64,000 nt of DNA. Source: Trichosphaerium sp. ATCC 40318 (lineage: Eukaryota; Protista; Tubulinea). Positions 10,066 to 23,470 of this stretch are shown in pieces. The stretch is taken from assembly GCA_038496445.1 (NCBI GenBank), contig JALMLS010000070.1:62001-126000 (forward strand), written 5' to 3'. Both the position numbers and the translations under genes were made by a program. Each line of letters starts with the position of its first letter. The stretch's first letter is position 1. The notes under the pieces were generated by a model that made no database searches, had not been told where the DNA came from, and was given only the letters and a program-made list of their open reading frames with translations.

Positions 10066-11881
10066 TTAATCTACAATATCTAACCTTTGTTTTTTTACTG
10101 GCCTTTCATAAACCAAATCAATATCTGGTTTCCTCTTCTCGCTAGTATCAATATCTAATAATAAATATCCTTAGAAGAGTTATAATGAAAAGAAAAATAC
10201 ATACCATCATAAACAAGTGTGATAGCAGTGTTTTCTGTTAGATTTTTTAAATGAGCTTTTGAAATTATATAGCTTCCTTCATTGTCGCGCAGGGTGAATG
10301 TTTTTTTGATTTTAAATGTTGTTGTAAGCATATTTATTATTCCATCCAAATCATCACATATAGGTACTTTAACTTTAATAGGATGTGACTTTATTCCATG
10401 AAATTCAAAACTCTTGAGCGACGTATCATCTAAACAACAAAAAAAGTGAGAAAAAAAATTTGCATTGCGCCGTTTAACAGCAAGTTTACAAAAAACACGA
10501 GAACATAGCATATAATTTTAATGTTAAAGGGGTCTACTACAATACACCACGCGAATTCTAGCGTTTTACAGGTGTAGCGAGTTACAAAAGTAAAAACAAT
10601 TGCGTTTTGTTCAGTTAAAATATCGGGTGGTTTTTTTTTCTTTTCGAAAAATAACTACGTACCAACGCTCTGTAACAGTATTTTTTTAATATGTTTAAGA
10701 CATATATTATCCATTGAATCTTCATCACTAACAACACCATTCAAAGCACCAGCAGCTTTAGTATAAAACAATAAAACATCAAACTGACTATGCTTTTGTG
10801 TATTATGATGATTACTGTTACGGACACGTGTACACTCAATAAAATTCTTATATGCATTACCATCATCTTCGGTACCCTAATAAAATAAAGTAAGTGAGTA
10901 AAGTAATCAAAAAGGCGCCCAAAAAATAGCACATGTCAAAACCTGAAAAACTTTCAAAAAAAAATTTAGTCGCTGCAGTCCGCTCATTCTTCATGGCCAG
11001 GTAATATTACTGAACTGGTATCCAGCGCAAGTGATATAATAATTATATACAAGACATATGAATAAATAAATAGCAGGAAGCACCGGACAACGTTCAAATG
11101 AGAAAAAAATTTCTTTTATCGATCCTTACCTTCTTTTTTCTTAGAGACTCCCTTAGCTTAAGGTTTGCAAATATAGGACTTGTAATTGCAGCTTTGATAA
11201 CAGTCAAATCCCACTCGGCCATATTATTGCTTATTCTACCACGATGTCTTTTGTTCATGTCATGAATAAAGTCGTCCACTATGTGTTGTGACACGAAGTT
11301 TAGCTTCTCAACAAGCCACGATCTATAAGCTCCTTCGATGTATTTTTGAATCACGTTTAGCTGTGTTGTTGTGTCAGCATCGTTGCGTTCCACGGGCTGG
11401 ACTACACGTTCAAGTAAGTTGACGCGTGGACCCAAGTGGTTTTCTTTATTGAGTGATATTATGGCGTACGATGTACGTTAGGCTTAGTGTCAGAGTAATG
11501 GCGCTAATGGGATGTTGAGACGGATTTTTCAACATATCGTACTTTATTATGGTTGTTGCGGCTTCTCCTGTAAGTAGGCGTTGTAAACCGTTGATGTGAA
11601 AATGATTTTGGCGGTTCTGGCGTTGGATGACGCAGAACTCTACCTGAGGTTGGTAAATCAGATATTGGTTTGTTTTTTACGCCTTCTGGCTGTAAGGCAG
11701 TTGTGAGCGCGTATTTCAAGAGTTATTTTATTACCAACTCTCTAGTGTTCCTGTACAACAGCCCAGCTTGCGTAGTATTACCCTCACATAGGTTAATGCA
11801 AGTAATAATGTATCCTTCATCAAACTGACCGCCATATTCTGGCAAAGAGGCCTTCACCTCATTAATGAGCGCCTCGGACAT
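10066..11881 (-). CDS. Putative CUE/UBA-like + Swt1-type HEPN + ubiquitin-like/PB1-like protein, multi-exon
   Basis: The N-terminus is EALINEVKASLPEYGGQFDEGYIITCINL. AEWDLTVI is followed by RVRNSNHH (10805-10822). The C-terminus has a beta-grasp-like pattern, IKVKVP..LDGIINML..FTLRDNEG. Confidence 0.5.
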
Positions 11882-12036
11882 GTGGTTAACCTACAAAATA
11901 AAAAGGGATAAATTAAGTGACTTTTAGTCCGAATACAGTCTAACCAGTATTACTTTCTTACAATCTAACAGCCCTATTCAAGAACTAACACGATCACAAA
12001 ATCTACTGTATTTACAACTTTGAGGCAAACATTTAA

Positions 12037-13603
12037 TCACCGCGCACTGAATAATCTCGTGTTACCATCTCCAATGCTTTGGCGTGTATGTGCAAGTAGT
12101 AATTGGTCAACAGTCTTACCAAGCAACGTAGCCATACTCCTGTAAATGACAAAAAATGAGATTTGTCTAACTCTGAAACCAGAAGAACAAACCGACGTAC
12201 GTCAAGTAAGGTGTTATTTCTTCTCTTTTCCATTTGGGTTTTCGCTGGAATAGAACTCGGAATCTCTCCTTTGCTTCAGTTGGAAGAGAATTGTTTGGAA
12301 AGTACACAACATGAGTCTCACTACCCTAAAACAAAAAACGTCATTAATATTTTGAATCAAAAAAATATCGTTTATATTTACGAACCTTTTTTTCAGTTAG
12401 TCCAATACCTGCTATATCAGTTAAATCAGGGATAACATCATGAGGAAGCAAGTCTTGCCACTCAGCAAGAAAACTCGAAATTTCACAACTATTTTTCTTT
12501 GCAAGCAAAGAATAAGCGCACGACCTAATTAAATTGGCTTTAGCACAACAAAAAATACTACAACACTTGTGTATAATGTATCATGATGTAACAAAAAAAT
12601 GAGGTCGTACTTGCACACTTTTGATGAACGAAGTGTAACATTTTCACTATCAGGAATCATCTCTGTGTACTGTTCCAATAAATGCTTTACTACATTATTA
12701 GGGAATGGCTTATCTTCTAAGTCTTCCAACTGTTTTAAACATTTTGGAAAAGGTATAGCTGTGCTAGACCACCTAAAAAAATACAGTAAGCACAAAAGGA
12801 AAAGTCACCAAAAATCACTCAAACATGTCAAATGTGTTCAATGAATATCAAGTGTCACAATTATTTTGTCGTACCCATTTGCGCTAATTGTAAGCACTAT
12901 TTCTCGGAGTATTTCATCGTTAGTGGTTTGGCCAACAACTCGCCATTTTCCTTTTAGAAGTAAGCGTATAAAACCAAAAATATTGATACTTGTAGTAAAA
13001 TATTTAAAGCACTTATGGCTCACCTTGATGGTTAAATGCGCCAAATGATATCAAACCTGCCTTCAGTTCGTCTTTACTTGCTTGTATCCGCTCTACGAGC
13101 TGGTCAAACGTGAATGTGTCTTTTTGATGGTGACTCTTTGCGTGTTGAGTTAATACGGTGCTAGAATATTATCTCGTACGTCTTCTTGCTCATACTCGTA
13201 AGGATTCAGTTGTAAGAGCTTGTGTAATTTTGACAGATCTGGTGCTCTTTTTTTACACTCCAGATGACGTAAAGCAGTTGCAACAATGGACGTTCGAGAA
13301 TTTTTAGTTGAATTTGGGTCGTCAGGAAGCACATAAATACAATTGGCGGACTCCACCTGTACATAAACGCGTCAAAACGAGTTATGTGGTATTATCATAC
13401 GTATTTAAGGTCGTATGTCGTGTCATTGGTACATAAGACAGCTTCGTCTTCAAAACCACCTTTGATATGTACACTAATACATCAGATACATTTTAAACGT
13501 AAAAACCGTACTCTTGATTTTTAATATTGTCTAGAAGTTCATCGGTGGCCTCTAATAGAAGGTAGTTTTCTAACTCTTGCGCGCAAACGATTTGCGTTGC
13601 CAT
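12037..13603 (-). CDS. DCC1: Sister chromatid cohesion protein DCC1, multi-exon
   Basis: Motifs are YLLLEATDELL, IKGGFEDEAVLCTNDTTYDLK, VESAN, PDLSKLHKLL and ERFRVLFQRKPKWKREEITPYL. Confidence 0.9.
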
Positions 13604-13743
13604 TTTTTGAATCTACAGATAAATGGCGCCAATTTGCAAAAAAACGGTCAACGTTAGTTTCGCAAGTTCAGAAAAAGCTCCGCTAACCGATGCCTCACTA
13701 CTACTACACAAAAAAAAAAGACGAAGAGCAGCTTTCGGCTTTT

Positions 13744-14700
13744 GTACACTTTCTGGACTTTTGCATGGGAAAGAAATGCCATAAATGCCCTACGGACATT
13801 ATGGGCATGACTGCGTTAGCTTTAACTATTATTACGCTTCTAGTGTTTCTCTACGTCGTTTACGTTAGAACTCACATAAAAGACTGCCTGAAGGCTATTT
13901 TCTTTTCAACAGTCAATAGTATGACTGATGGAGTATATAAAACGTACTTTAAAAGTGGAGCGCTCCATGAACAATGGACAGAGAGGAACGGGTATAGAGA
14001 TGGTGTTTACCGCCGTTGGTACGCACTAGAACATGTATTCAAACCTTAAAACCGATATAGGTACGAAAACGGGAAACTTGACTTTATTGTTCATTACCGC
14101 CACGGTTTTCGTCACGGAGAGCACGTGTCGTATTACAAAAGTGGACAAGTACAAATGCAATGCACAGAAAAGGACGGAGAGAGGAATGGAGAGTGTACAA
14201 CGTTTCTAAAAGACGGAACTTTAGAAAGTTATTGTTTTTACAAGAATGGATTAGAACATGGCGCTTATGAGCAGTATAACGAAGAAGGGTTGATAAAAGT
14301 ATTGGGATATTATAATGAAGGTAGACGTGTAGGTCCTTATAGGGTATATCATCTAAACAGGAAGCTTGATGAGGAAGTATTTTATGTAAACGGATACGAA
14401 GAAGGAGAAGCTAAAGAATGGCATAGTAATGGACAGTTGTTTAAACAATGTGTATTTAAACGTGGTGTATTGAATGGACCTTGTAAAATGTGGTATGATA
14501 ATGGACAGTTAATGCAAGATAGTAATTTTGAGAATCATCGTCTTGAAGGTGAGTATAAAGGATGGGCTCCAAATGGACAGTTGTTATTGGAATGCAGTTA
14601 TAGTAATGGTGAGCTTCATGGTGAGTATCAAGAATGGGATTATGAAGGTAATATATCAGCACAAAGTGTATACAAAGAAGGTGAGCTGATTATTGGATGA
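13744..14700 (+). CDS. N-terminal transmembrane anchor + MORN_2 repeats; one intron (about 14019-14060); start uncertain
   Basis: A hydrophobic stretch ALALTIITLLVFLYVVYV precedes the repeats. Splicing gtacgc...atatag restores RWYENGKL and joins the two ORFs. Confidence 0.7.
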
Positions 14701-14869
14701 GACACTCAAATACGATTAAAAAATTAAAAACCATTTTTTTCTTGCCGTTCAAAAAAAAATCTTGTCAAATAAAGTAATTATACAATAACAACTGGTTTCA
14801 CATGAGACCGTTAACCAGGCGTGGATTAGTTCAAAAGTGAAATTTCTGGATTTTTTTGACCTAATTAGT

Positions 14870-14988
14870 ACATCATAAAAGCACTGAAAGGTGTTCATAC
14901 AATTAACCTTGTCAACTCTTCAGTTACAGACGGAGGTGTTGAAGCACTGAAAGGTGTTAAATTTATCAATCTACAATACCGCATTTAG
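14870..14988 (+). pseudogene. LRR gene remnant related to 28713-29582
   Basis: It translates IIKALKGVHTINLVNSSVTDGGVEALKGVKFINL with no supportable start. Confidence 0.6.
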
Positions 14989-15090
14989 CTACACTTTGAA
15001 GATATTGGTTTTAAAGACTTGTACAGTTTTTGCTTGGAACTAAACTTAACGTTGTTGTACATACCCTTTGTTTATTTGTACATCAATGTG

Positions 15091-16222
15091 CTATAGCTCT
15101 TGTTCAGGGATAGTCAATTGCTTAACAAACTTGTATCGCACTGATTTGGAGCGTTGTCTGCTAATGTAGTACTGATATGGCCACATGTAGCAGCAAATGC
15201 CAGCAAAACATACATTGTTGCTACTGAAGTAGCAAAGAGGTGAGTAATTTGCTTTCTTTGCAATTATAAGTTCATGGAGCCCGGGGAAAACAACCTCAAC
15301 CTCAACTATTTGCATATTTGTTAACAACTGGTCACGTGAGCTGTGTCGTACTGTCAATTGTCATGTCATTTCTCTTTTCTGCGTGTACTTGCTTTTTAAG
15401 CTTTTCAATTACTTTTGAGCTCTCTTCGTCCATTTTGATGTCTGCAATGCTTCTAACATAAATGACTTTATATTTCACTGAACTCCAGTCAATACTAGGA
15501 TCTTCTGACAAATCTTCCCAATCTTGTACAAGCACTTCTTCCCTCTGTAAGTAGTGTATCAGTAACGCTTAGCTATGAGTTTGTTCATATTGTTATCGTA
15601 CCCCAGAGCTTGTCACTATTTGGATACCACGACGAGAATGGTGATAGTTTTTCCATCTTATTGCAAAGTAAGAAAATTGAGATATTGAAAACGTTGTACT
15701 TAATGAAAACCTTTGGTGCTGCCATTTGAATTTTATTGAAATACCCATCCATGCCACTCAATGACAATTTCTTAGAGGTATCACCTCGTTCTCTATTAAG
15801 CATTAGTCCAGTATTCTATATAACTATGTAGTACAGTTCTTCAGGCGTGTGTCTATTAACAATCGCACCACAATAGCATATCAAACAAAAGATTGATGTA
15901 CCACCAGTTACACCCAGGATTATACGAAGAGTGTTGCCTTTCAACACGCCATAACTAACGCCAACAGCTATCACTTGACAGGGTCATTTTAAACAACAAA
16001 ACCTGAATGAAGAAACTGATATAGGAGAGCGTACAAGTAAGCATTGATATTATAAAACAAAGCCATGCTATAAACAATCTGGGGTACATCTTCGGCCTTT
16101 AAAAAAAAATGAGTTCGAAGGGATTGTAGAGATAAATAAATAAATAAGCTGGTTAAACTTGTTTTGTAAGCTTTGATTACTTTGATACTTGAATACTGCA
16201 AGATGTTGCGCTAGTTTCCATT
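15091..16222 (-). CDS. Membrane protein, possibly TMEM151-like; multi-exon; start uncertain
   Basis: Segments are GYFNKIQMAAPKVFIK, VQDWEDLS, VVFPGLHE and CYMWPYQYYI. The family resemblance is from memory only. Confidence 0.4.
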
Positions 16223-16443
16223 CCCTTCTCCTAAAACACTTTCTTAACCATAGACCTTCCTTGTATAAATATTGAGCTTACAACGTCGTGGTCATCGTTC
16301 ATTGTTTATATATTATTGTGAAATTTTTTGGGTTTTACACTCGCCACGGGTAGAAATTTACCCAATTTTTAAGACCCGACAGCGCTCTGAAAAAATAGGT
16401 ATCCAACCTTTAGCTACATACAAGGTAATACCATGCTGTTCCT

Positions 16444-19400
16444 TCACTGAAAAATGGTATCACACATTGTAGGATCCGATATCGCCACTATGAAGGATAG
16501 TGACGGCAATTCTACAAAATTGATCAAACTCTCACTAGTGACGTTTGTGACAGTATTTAGAAAGCGAACTATGTATGTGAAGACTAAGGTCGGCTGTTGT
16601 AAAATTTTTCGGTTTAGAAGTTGTGTTTGCTAAAGGAGGTGGTGTTGACTACTATGCCTAGAAAGTCGTTGTAGCTAGCGGAAGATATTCGTTAAATGGT
16701 ACGCTCACTCTGACAAAATGGATCATTCAAACCTTTATGACATGTTTTCACATAAATACAATACTGTGACAGCTGTTACCAAGAGGACTATACTTCTTTT
16801 ATTTCTCCCGCTGTCGTTATAGTTCTACTAGGATCGAAAACTGTTGCATTACGGTTCTGCTTGCTGTGAGGAAACAGAAATTTTGGATGCCATATTAGAG
16901 CAACAATAATAATCACAATTATAAGTAGCAATATACCACCTCCTACACCTCCTATTATATACACTGTGGAGGGGTTTCTAGCCTCTTCGTTGCTTGTTGA
17001 TTCTTGACAGCTCTCTGGTATTGTGAAAGCAAGTATGATTTTTGAACCTACAAAAGAAAAAACAATGTCAGTTGGATGTCACGTGATACAGCCAAACTTT
17101 TCTTGTGGTTTTGTCAATAAACAGATTTGTACCTACTACATTCAGCCTTGGATCAATGCAAGAGTTTTCACTTGCAACTGTAATATTTTCTACACTTGGA
17201 TTGCATATATCAGGGAATTCGAAAAGTGTCAAGTTGGAAGTTGTTGTTGAGCTATTTACGTGAATTGTTCCTTAAAAATTAGTTGGTTAGTGTCCAAAGT
17301 ATTGTGAGGCGTTCCTTACCTTCCAATAAAGCACAAGTATTTGTAAATACATATAAGACGGAGCCATTAAGTGAAAGAGTTGCATCGCTATTAACAATGA
17401 TAGTTCCTAAAAGAATAAATAAGTTGGTACTCCCGATGTTGCCTTTCCCAAGTACCATTAACTACTTGATCAATTGGTCTTTCTATCTTTTCAATAGCAA
17501 AGGTACCAACTTTAACGCAACTATCGGTGTCTCTGACATTAAAACACTCTCTGTACAGACCTGAAAACACGCTTTGTAAGTTGATAACTAGTGATGAGTG
17601 TCAACTGATTACATACCTAGTGTTGTATTACTATCTCTGCGTAAGTTATCTTCAAAATCTTTTTCTTCTATAACAGCTATCCCAGAGAAAATCAAAGGCG
17701 ACGTTGGTCCGAGTCTTGTACTTGATGGATCGTCTGTAATGTCAGTAATAAACTTTGAATCAACATTAAAGTTGCCGCCAAGATCAAAGCTATATTGTAA
17801 TCCGCCTTCTTGCATGTGAAAATTATTATGACTCATTTCATTACAATCACCAAGATATATCATTTCTTGACTCGGAAGTACAGTGTTACTACAAGTTAAG
17901 TTAGACAAGCACGTTAAGTAACAATCAAGGAGTACCCTGATAGGATATTGTTTTGTATTTTAGTACACGTGTCAAACCCAGGGAATTCTCCATTGTGATC
18001 ATGGATGTTGTGGAATACATTGTAGTAAAATCCACCTCCAAAAGGTTGAAATTTTGAATTCGCCACTTTGCCAATGTTATGAAACAGGTTATTTGAAACC
18101 TGAACATTCTCTGCTATATTATCCTCATCTTCACAAATAAACGGTTCGTTATTTTGGTTAATCGCATGTGTACCACCTGACATCGTATTCCTTCAAAAAG
18201 CGAGTCAGGGTTGTAGCGAGGAATAGTTTCTTTAATTAAGTTGTAAAAGATGTCCAATAGTAATACTTTAAACCAGGACTTTTTATGTACCTTCGTATTA
18301 TTGTATTGGTGTTGTAACACCTCATATTAATGTGGTTGGTATTATTTATGAGCCTATTACCCTGTACAACCTATAGTTTGGATTAAAAACCAGCGACTAT
18401 GTTCTCTTCCAAAAAAAAGTCTCATTGTTTCTTTGAAATGTTGAATGGTACTAGTTCATTTTCACAATTCCCTTTTTTCCAAAAGCGTTATTGTAACTAA
18501 AATTAAAATCGTTGCATACTGTTGAACTGCTTGCAGTAAGCCAAATACCATAATTAACGTAGTTTGAAATGATTAGATTTCTTAGTAGTATATTATACGA
18601 TTCCAAATAAACCTTGACACCTACAAAGTCCTTAATACTTGAGAGAGAGAAACCATAATTTGTTTACCTCCATGTGGTTGTATTACTCCGGTAACATCTC
18701 CTGTCAGGCGTTAGCTCTCAAGTGCACAAGTTTAGTTTTTTTGCACTGTGAGTATTGCGCACCTTGTGACATGTCTAAGTTATCTAATATAACCTCACTA
18801 CTTGTCGCTATATGCACAGCTTGTACATCGCAATTTGTTAACTTTGCATTCGAGAATATAACGTCAGTACATAAATCACATCCGAATCCTCGAGCTAATA
18901 AAAAAATAAGAGCTATAATTTCGAGTAGAATGTGGAACATACAAAAACTAGAACCAACATTGAGGCCTTCAAACGTTACATGAGCTATGTCTACAAATTG
19001 TAGGGCTGCCCAAAAAAAAAGATCTCTGTTACGATACTCTACCACAGTAGCAACATTACAACCATCTTCAAACTTAAGGAAAAACCAAGGTTCTTCACCT
19101 AGAAATAATTGTGAGCGACAGTGTCTTCCACACAGTTGTCTCGTAGACTACAGCGGCTTATGACCGGTTATTTTAGGCCAACTATAACCCCTCAGGCGAA
19201 GGCAGAGATACTTACCTTCCTTGTTTTTAATTATAATGTGGTCACCTTGTGAGCCCACTATATCCCTCAAAATATGCGGAGGTTCTATATCTTTGGTGAA
19301 CGAGCACTTGTAAAACACATTGTAATTGCCACCCGCAACATAAATAGTATCGCCTCCTCGTAGTCCCCCGATTGCATTTTTCGCTATTATTGTGAAGTTT

Positions 19401-19563
19401 CTCGCAGCTCTATTCGTTAATTAGCGATCAAGGGCGTAGAACGTTTAAATAGCGTACGATCTTCGCTTCCAATTCCTGTTCCATGAGGTTCCATAAAGTA
19501 GTCGGTACAGTAACAAACAGATACTAAAATAATCCCGCATAGCAGCGAAGATGCATAAAACAT
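16444..19563 (-). CDS. Type I membrane protein with a right-handed beta-helix (pectin-lyase-like) ectodomain, multi-exon
   Basis: It has a signal peptide MFYASSLLCGIILVSVCYC, GGDTIYVAGGNY, and Asn-ladder repeats (VSNNLFHNIG, YNVFHNI, IQNNIL). The C-terminal TM is GGGILLIIVIIIVALIW. Confidence 0.6.
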
Positions 19564-20425
19564 TCAGACCTCTAATTATGGAAGTAAAAAAGGGTTTCGG
19601 AATGTTATTTGTGGTCAACGACATGAAAATGTGGCGGAAGTTTGGGTGCTATTTTGTCAAAAAGTCAAACTTTTCGTTGAAATTCCGGAAACCTAATACA
19701 TCCCCAACGGCATTAGTTACCTTATATGCGAAGCAAACTAAGTGTCCTAGTTTCTTGTACGTATTTTGGTGATAAAACTGGGCAAATAAATAGCCGGCAA
19801 ACAACCTTCTATTAAATTTAGTTGAACATACGAATTCCCTGGTCCAGCCTCTAATAATAAGTACAAAAAAGCCCTTGTTAAATAGAACTGGAAACTACTG
19901 AAACTTCAGAGGAAAATTTGTTTGATTATCCCAAAACGAATTCGGCTTATTTGAAATTTCCTATCACCTTAGAAGGTATTGCATGAGTGAAACTTCAATA
20001 AATACTAGCGTGTAGACGCGTGGTGCTGCACATTATCTGAAAATTCAGTATAAAAGTTTCAGAAATTGTCGGATTCGGCTAAAAAAACCAATTATTTGTC
20101 CGAAGTCGCAAAAGGGGGTACCAAAAGCAACTCATTAGCATGCTTGCATTCACCATCTTGTACAAGGTGCTGTATAACCTGGGATGAATTCGTGCTTGTA
20201 CGACTGGTATTCATTGAATAACAAATGCTGGAGTTGGAGTTTGGTATTTTAGCACCTTATTCCTCTATTGAGTTCGAGAACATGACTCCTAGGGATAATT
20301 ACAACAGAACTATCTCTTTGAAGACTAATATAGTAGTTTATTAAGTAAAACATGCGTAATGACTTAATTGTATCATATATGATACATAGTCCTTAAAGAG
20401 ATAAGCAGAAAAAAGCATCCAGATT

Positions 20426-22228
20426 TTATTTTACAACTACCTTTAAATGTTCGCTGTTATGAATATCAGCAAGAGCAGCAAATGGACCACCTGTTAAGAA
20501 CCTTACAAAGTTATCACCTAAATTACATAGTTAGTAAGACGTTTCCGTAATACAAAGAGATACGTCACCTGTTAGTGGACCTAAAGCATAAACATTTGGT
20601 ATTTTTGTCTTGTATGTATATTTATCAAATTCTATTGGTTTCTTCTTTGTATCTATATCATTTGGAAATCCTTGTCCAAAATGTGATAGAAAACGTAGTT
20701 CAGGTTGACTTCCAATCAGAATAAATACTTTTGATACCTTCCTCATGACTACATCTCCGTTACTTTTCTTTATTTCACATGTTCCATCTTTTGATATTTT
20801 TAATAAAGATGCATCCTCCATCGATTCATAGAGATCATTTTGAGCTTTCTTCTTCATAAGTTGGTATAACGTATGATACTCTGGGTATCCTCTATTATCC
20901 CCTTCAAACTTTGAAATCTTTCCCTTCTCTCCACCATCATCCCTAGAAGAAAAGAATGTCAAAATTATATAACTTAATCTCCATGCTGCGTACTTAAAAA
21001 TATGAGTTATTCGCCTATTCTCATGTACAATCGCAAATACAGTTGCATCAGCACTAGAAAGGCCACTACCAACAACTAACGCTGGTTCATTACCTAGTAA
21101 TAACATGTTTTAATAACAACTCCAACTAAACGAATATAAAATACCTTTCGAATCTTCAGTGATCCTATGAGATACAAAAGGTAAATCTTCGCCCTCGATA
21201 TTCAACCGATTAGGTCTTTGGTATGTCCCTGAAGCCAAGATCACACGATTACATATATACTCTGTCTCCTCTCCAGTGTTTATATCCTTAGATACAACTT
21301 TCCAGGACTTTCCTTGATCATCTAGTGATGTAACACTTGTAACATTGACGTTTGTTACAAAGTTAGATTCTATACCAAGTTTATTAACATAGTCTTGGTA
21401 GTAGCTTAAAACTGAAGTTCTTAATGGTTTGTTAAGCATTGTCAACCCTTTTTCTTTCGCCCAAGCTGAAATATCATAACCAGGTAATTCCATCCATGAT
21501 TGAGGAGACAAACACTGCAACTTTGAGTGCATGTCGTTCCACGAACCTGATAAAAAGCTTGGGATTAGACAGCAAAATACTACAAAAAAATATCTGGTTC
21601 TTGAACGACAAACAGAAGCAACATTTACCACCAACAGGATTTTGTCCGAGAACCACGTGATCGACTGCATCTTCAGGGTTATGTCGTAGTTCCAAGTTAG
21701 GTCTGTGGTCTATCCATGAAGTGTCTGCTAGGGGATGGTGCAAGGTATCATAAAGTAAAGACATAGGATTGTTTGAACGACCACTTAGAGACTAAAAAGA
21801 ATATTACCAACTGAACTCACAGTCCCAAGCGGTGTTTAACTGAAGCTTCAACGTACATCAGCAATTTTACTCAAATCAGCTTTTAAGAGGTTGCCGTCCT
21901 CTGGTAGAATAGATTTCAATGCTTTGTGTACTGATGGCGTCGGATGTTGACCTACACGCGTTTAATATCGTTGTGTAAGCGAGCATTAACCTTTGTAGTG
22001 CGGTATATAGCCACTAAGCCCTAGAGACATACAAATCCCCGATGGTCCATTTCCAATGACCACAGTGTCAATTTCTACGCTGTTCGTGTTCATCTAGCAT
22101 AGTTTAAGCTACTCGTTTAACAAAAACGGGTGTCAACTCTTAAATAACAAAAAAGCTGCGTGTACCTCTGTACCAATGGTGAATATGGCGAATGAGAACA
22201 GAAAAACCAAAGATGCTAAGCCATTCAT
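20426..22228 (-). CDS. FAD/NAD(P)-dependent oxidoreductase, OSGIN1/2-like, multi-exon
   Basis: Motifs are VVIGNGPSG, GRSNNPMSLLYDTLHHP, GGSWNDM, SWMELPG, VILASG, LVVGSGLSSAD, VFILIGSQPEL and YALGPLTGDNFVRF. Confidence 0.85.
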
Positions 22229-22651
22229 TCCGTTAAGTTTAAACGTTCCCAAAGTCAATAGCAATCAAAGCAACATGCTTCCAATCTCTAACAAAAGTGT
22301 ACTTGATAGTGTTTTGGAACACTGAGTTGTTGACGAAGAGACAAAGATTTTTCGTACTTCGACTGTCAGACGGTACGATTGCCTAAAACGTATCAATACC
22401 TCCAGGATGCTGCGAATGCAGCAATCAACGTTAATTAAAACAACCAACTGCTATTGTGAGCTTCAAAAATGGCGGAGGATGTGCCAAATTCTTCGAGAAA
22501 AGTGATTTATGTTATTGAGCTCAAAAATACTTTGCATTTTCTGCTTTCTACTAAACAATAATATTGATACTTACAATGTTAAGTGTTAGGTAAGATTGGA
22601 GGATAAATCAAACACTAAAATAACTCAGTAGCGAGAATCAGTGTGAACAAT

Positions 22652-23275
22652 ATGAAAAGAAGTTGACAAAAAACAACGTGCTGTCTTTGACTGTACTAGA
22701 TCTCCCACGTGAAATTCAAGTATACATTTAGAAGCCTTTACAAAATTCCATACACTTTCTAAAAGAGCAGCTAGTAATACACATTTTGATGACGAATTAA
22801 ATCGTAAAGGAAAATGGATAGCATGGTATGCTAGTGGACAAGTGATGGTTCATCAATATCCTGGACTGTCTAAATCATGGCACGAGAATGGACAACTTGA
22901 GTCACATTACATGATGGTTGATGGTGTACAACAAGGTCAGCAAATAGTGGTATGCAAGCGGAGAACTTGAGGCTGAGACTATGGTTGAATAAACAAAGTG
23001 GTCACAAGATGAGTGGTATAAAAACGGACAACTTAAGTCAGAAACTAATTGGCTCAATGATAAACAAACAGGTGAGTAAATATTGGTTTGAAAATGGCCA
23101 GCTGAAGGAACAAAGCATGTGGGTTGATGACGAACTACATGGTGAAATGAAAGTATGGTATAATAATGGACAACTTGCGTCACAAACTAATTGGGTCAAA
23201 GGTAAAAAAAAGTCTGTAGGTAAGCTGCTATTTTTTGACTTCCGTGATAAGTACAGAGTCCTACGTTGTAACTAG
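22652..23275 (+). pseudogene. F-box-like + MORN_2 pseudogene
   Basis: VLDLPREIQVYI is followed by a stop and frameshift, then TLSKRAASNTHFDDELNRKGKWI and MORN units split across frames. Confidence 0.75.
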
Positions 23276-23470
23276 GTTGCTTTTCCTGAACAGTAAAATG
23301 CGTTAAAGCAACAACATGAGTTGGTGTACGGTAGTAAACCGGGGAAAAATAAGCCGGAGTAACACAACATTGTGGACTGTTGAATTAATCGAAAATACGA
23401 AAATACACCAATCAATCACGCAATACTGATCTTCTACACATCACCACCGCACCAACAAAGTACATATCTA

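Noticed and set aside
10930-11035. Intronic U1-like/Sm-site snRNA on the minus strand (ATATTACCTGG..AAATTTTTTTTTG)
   Set aside because: The spacing is far too short for U1, and the T-run is explained by a 30-nt exon (RLNFFLKVFQ) that keeps the HEPN gene in frame.
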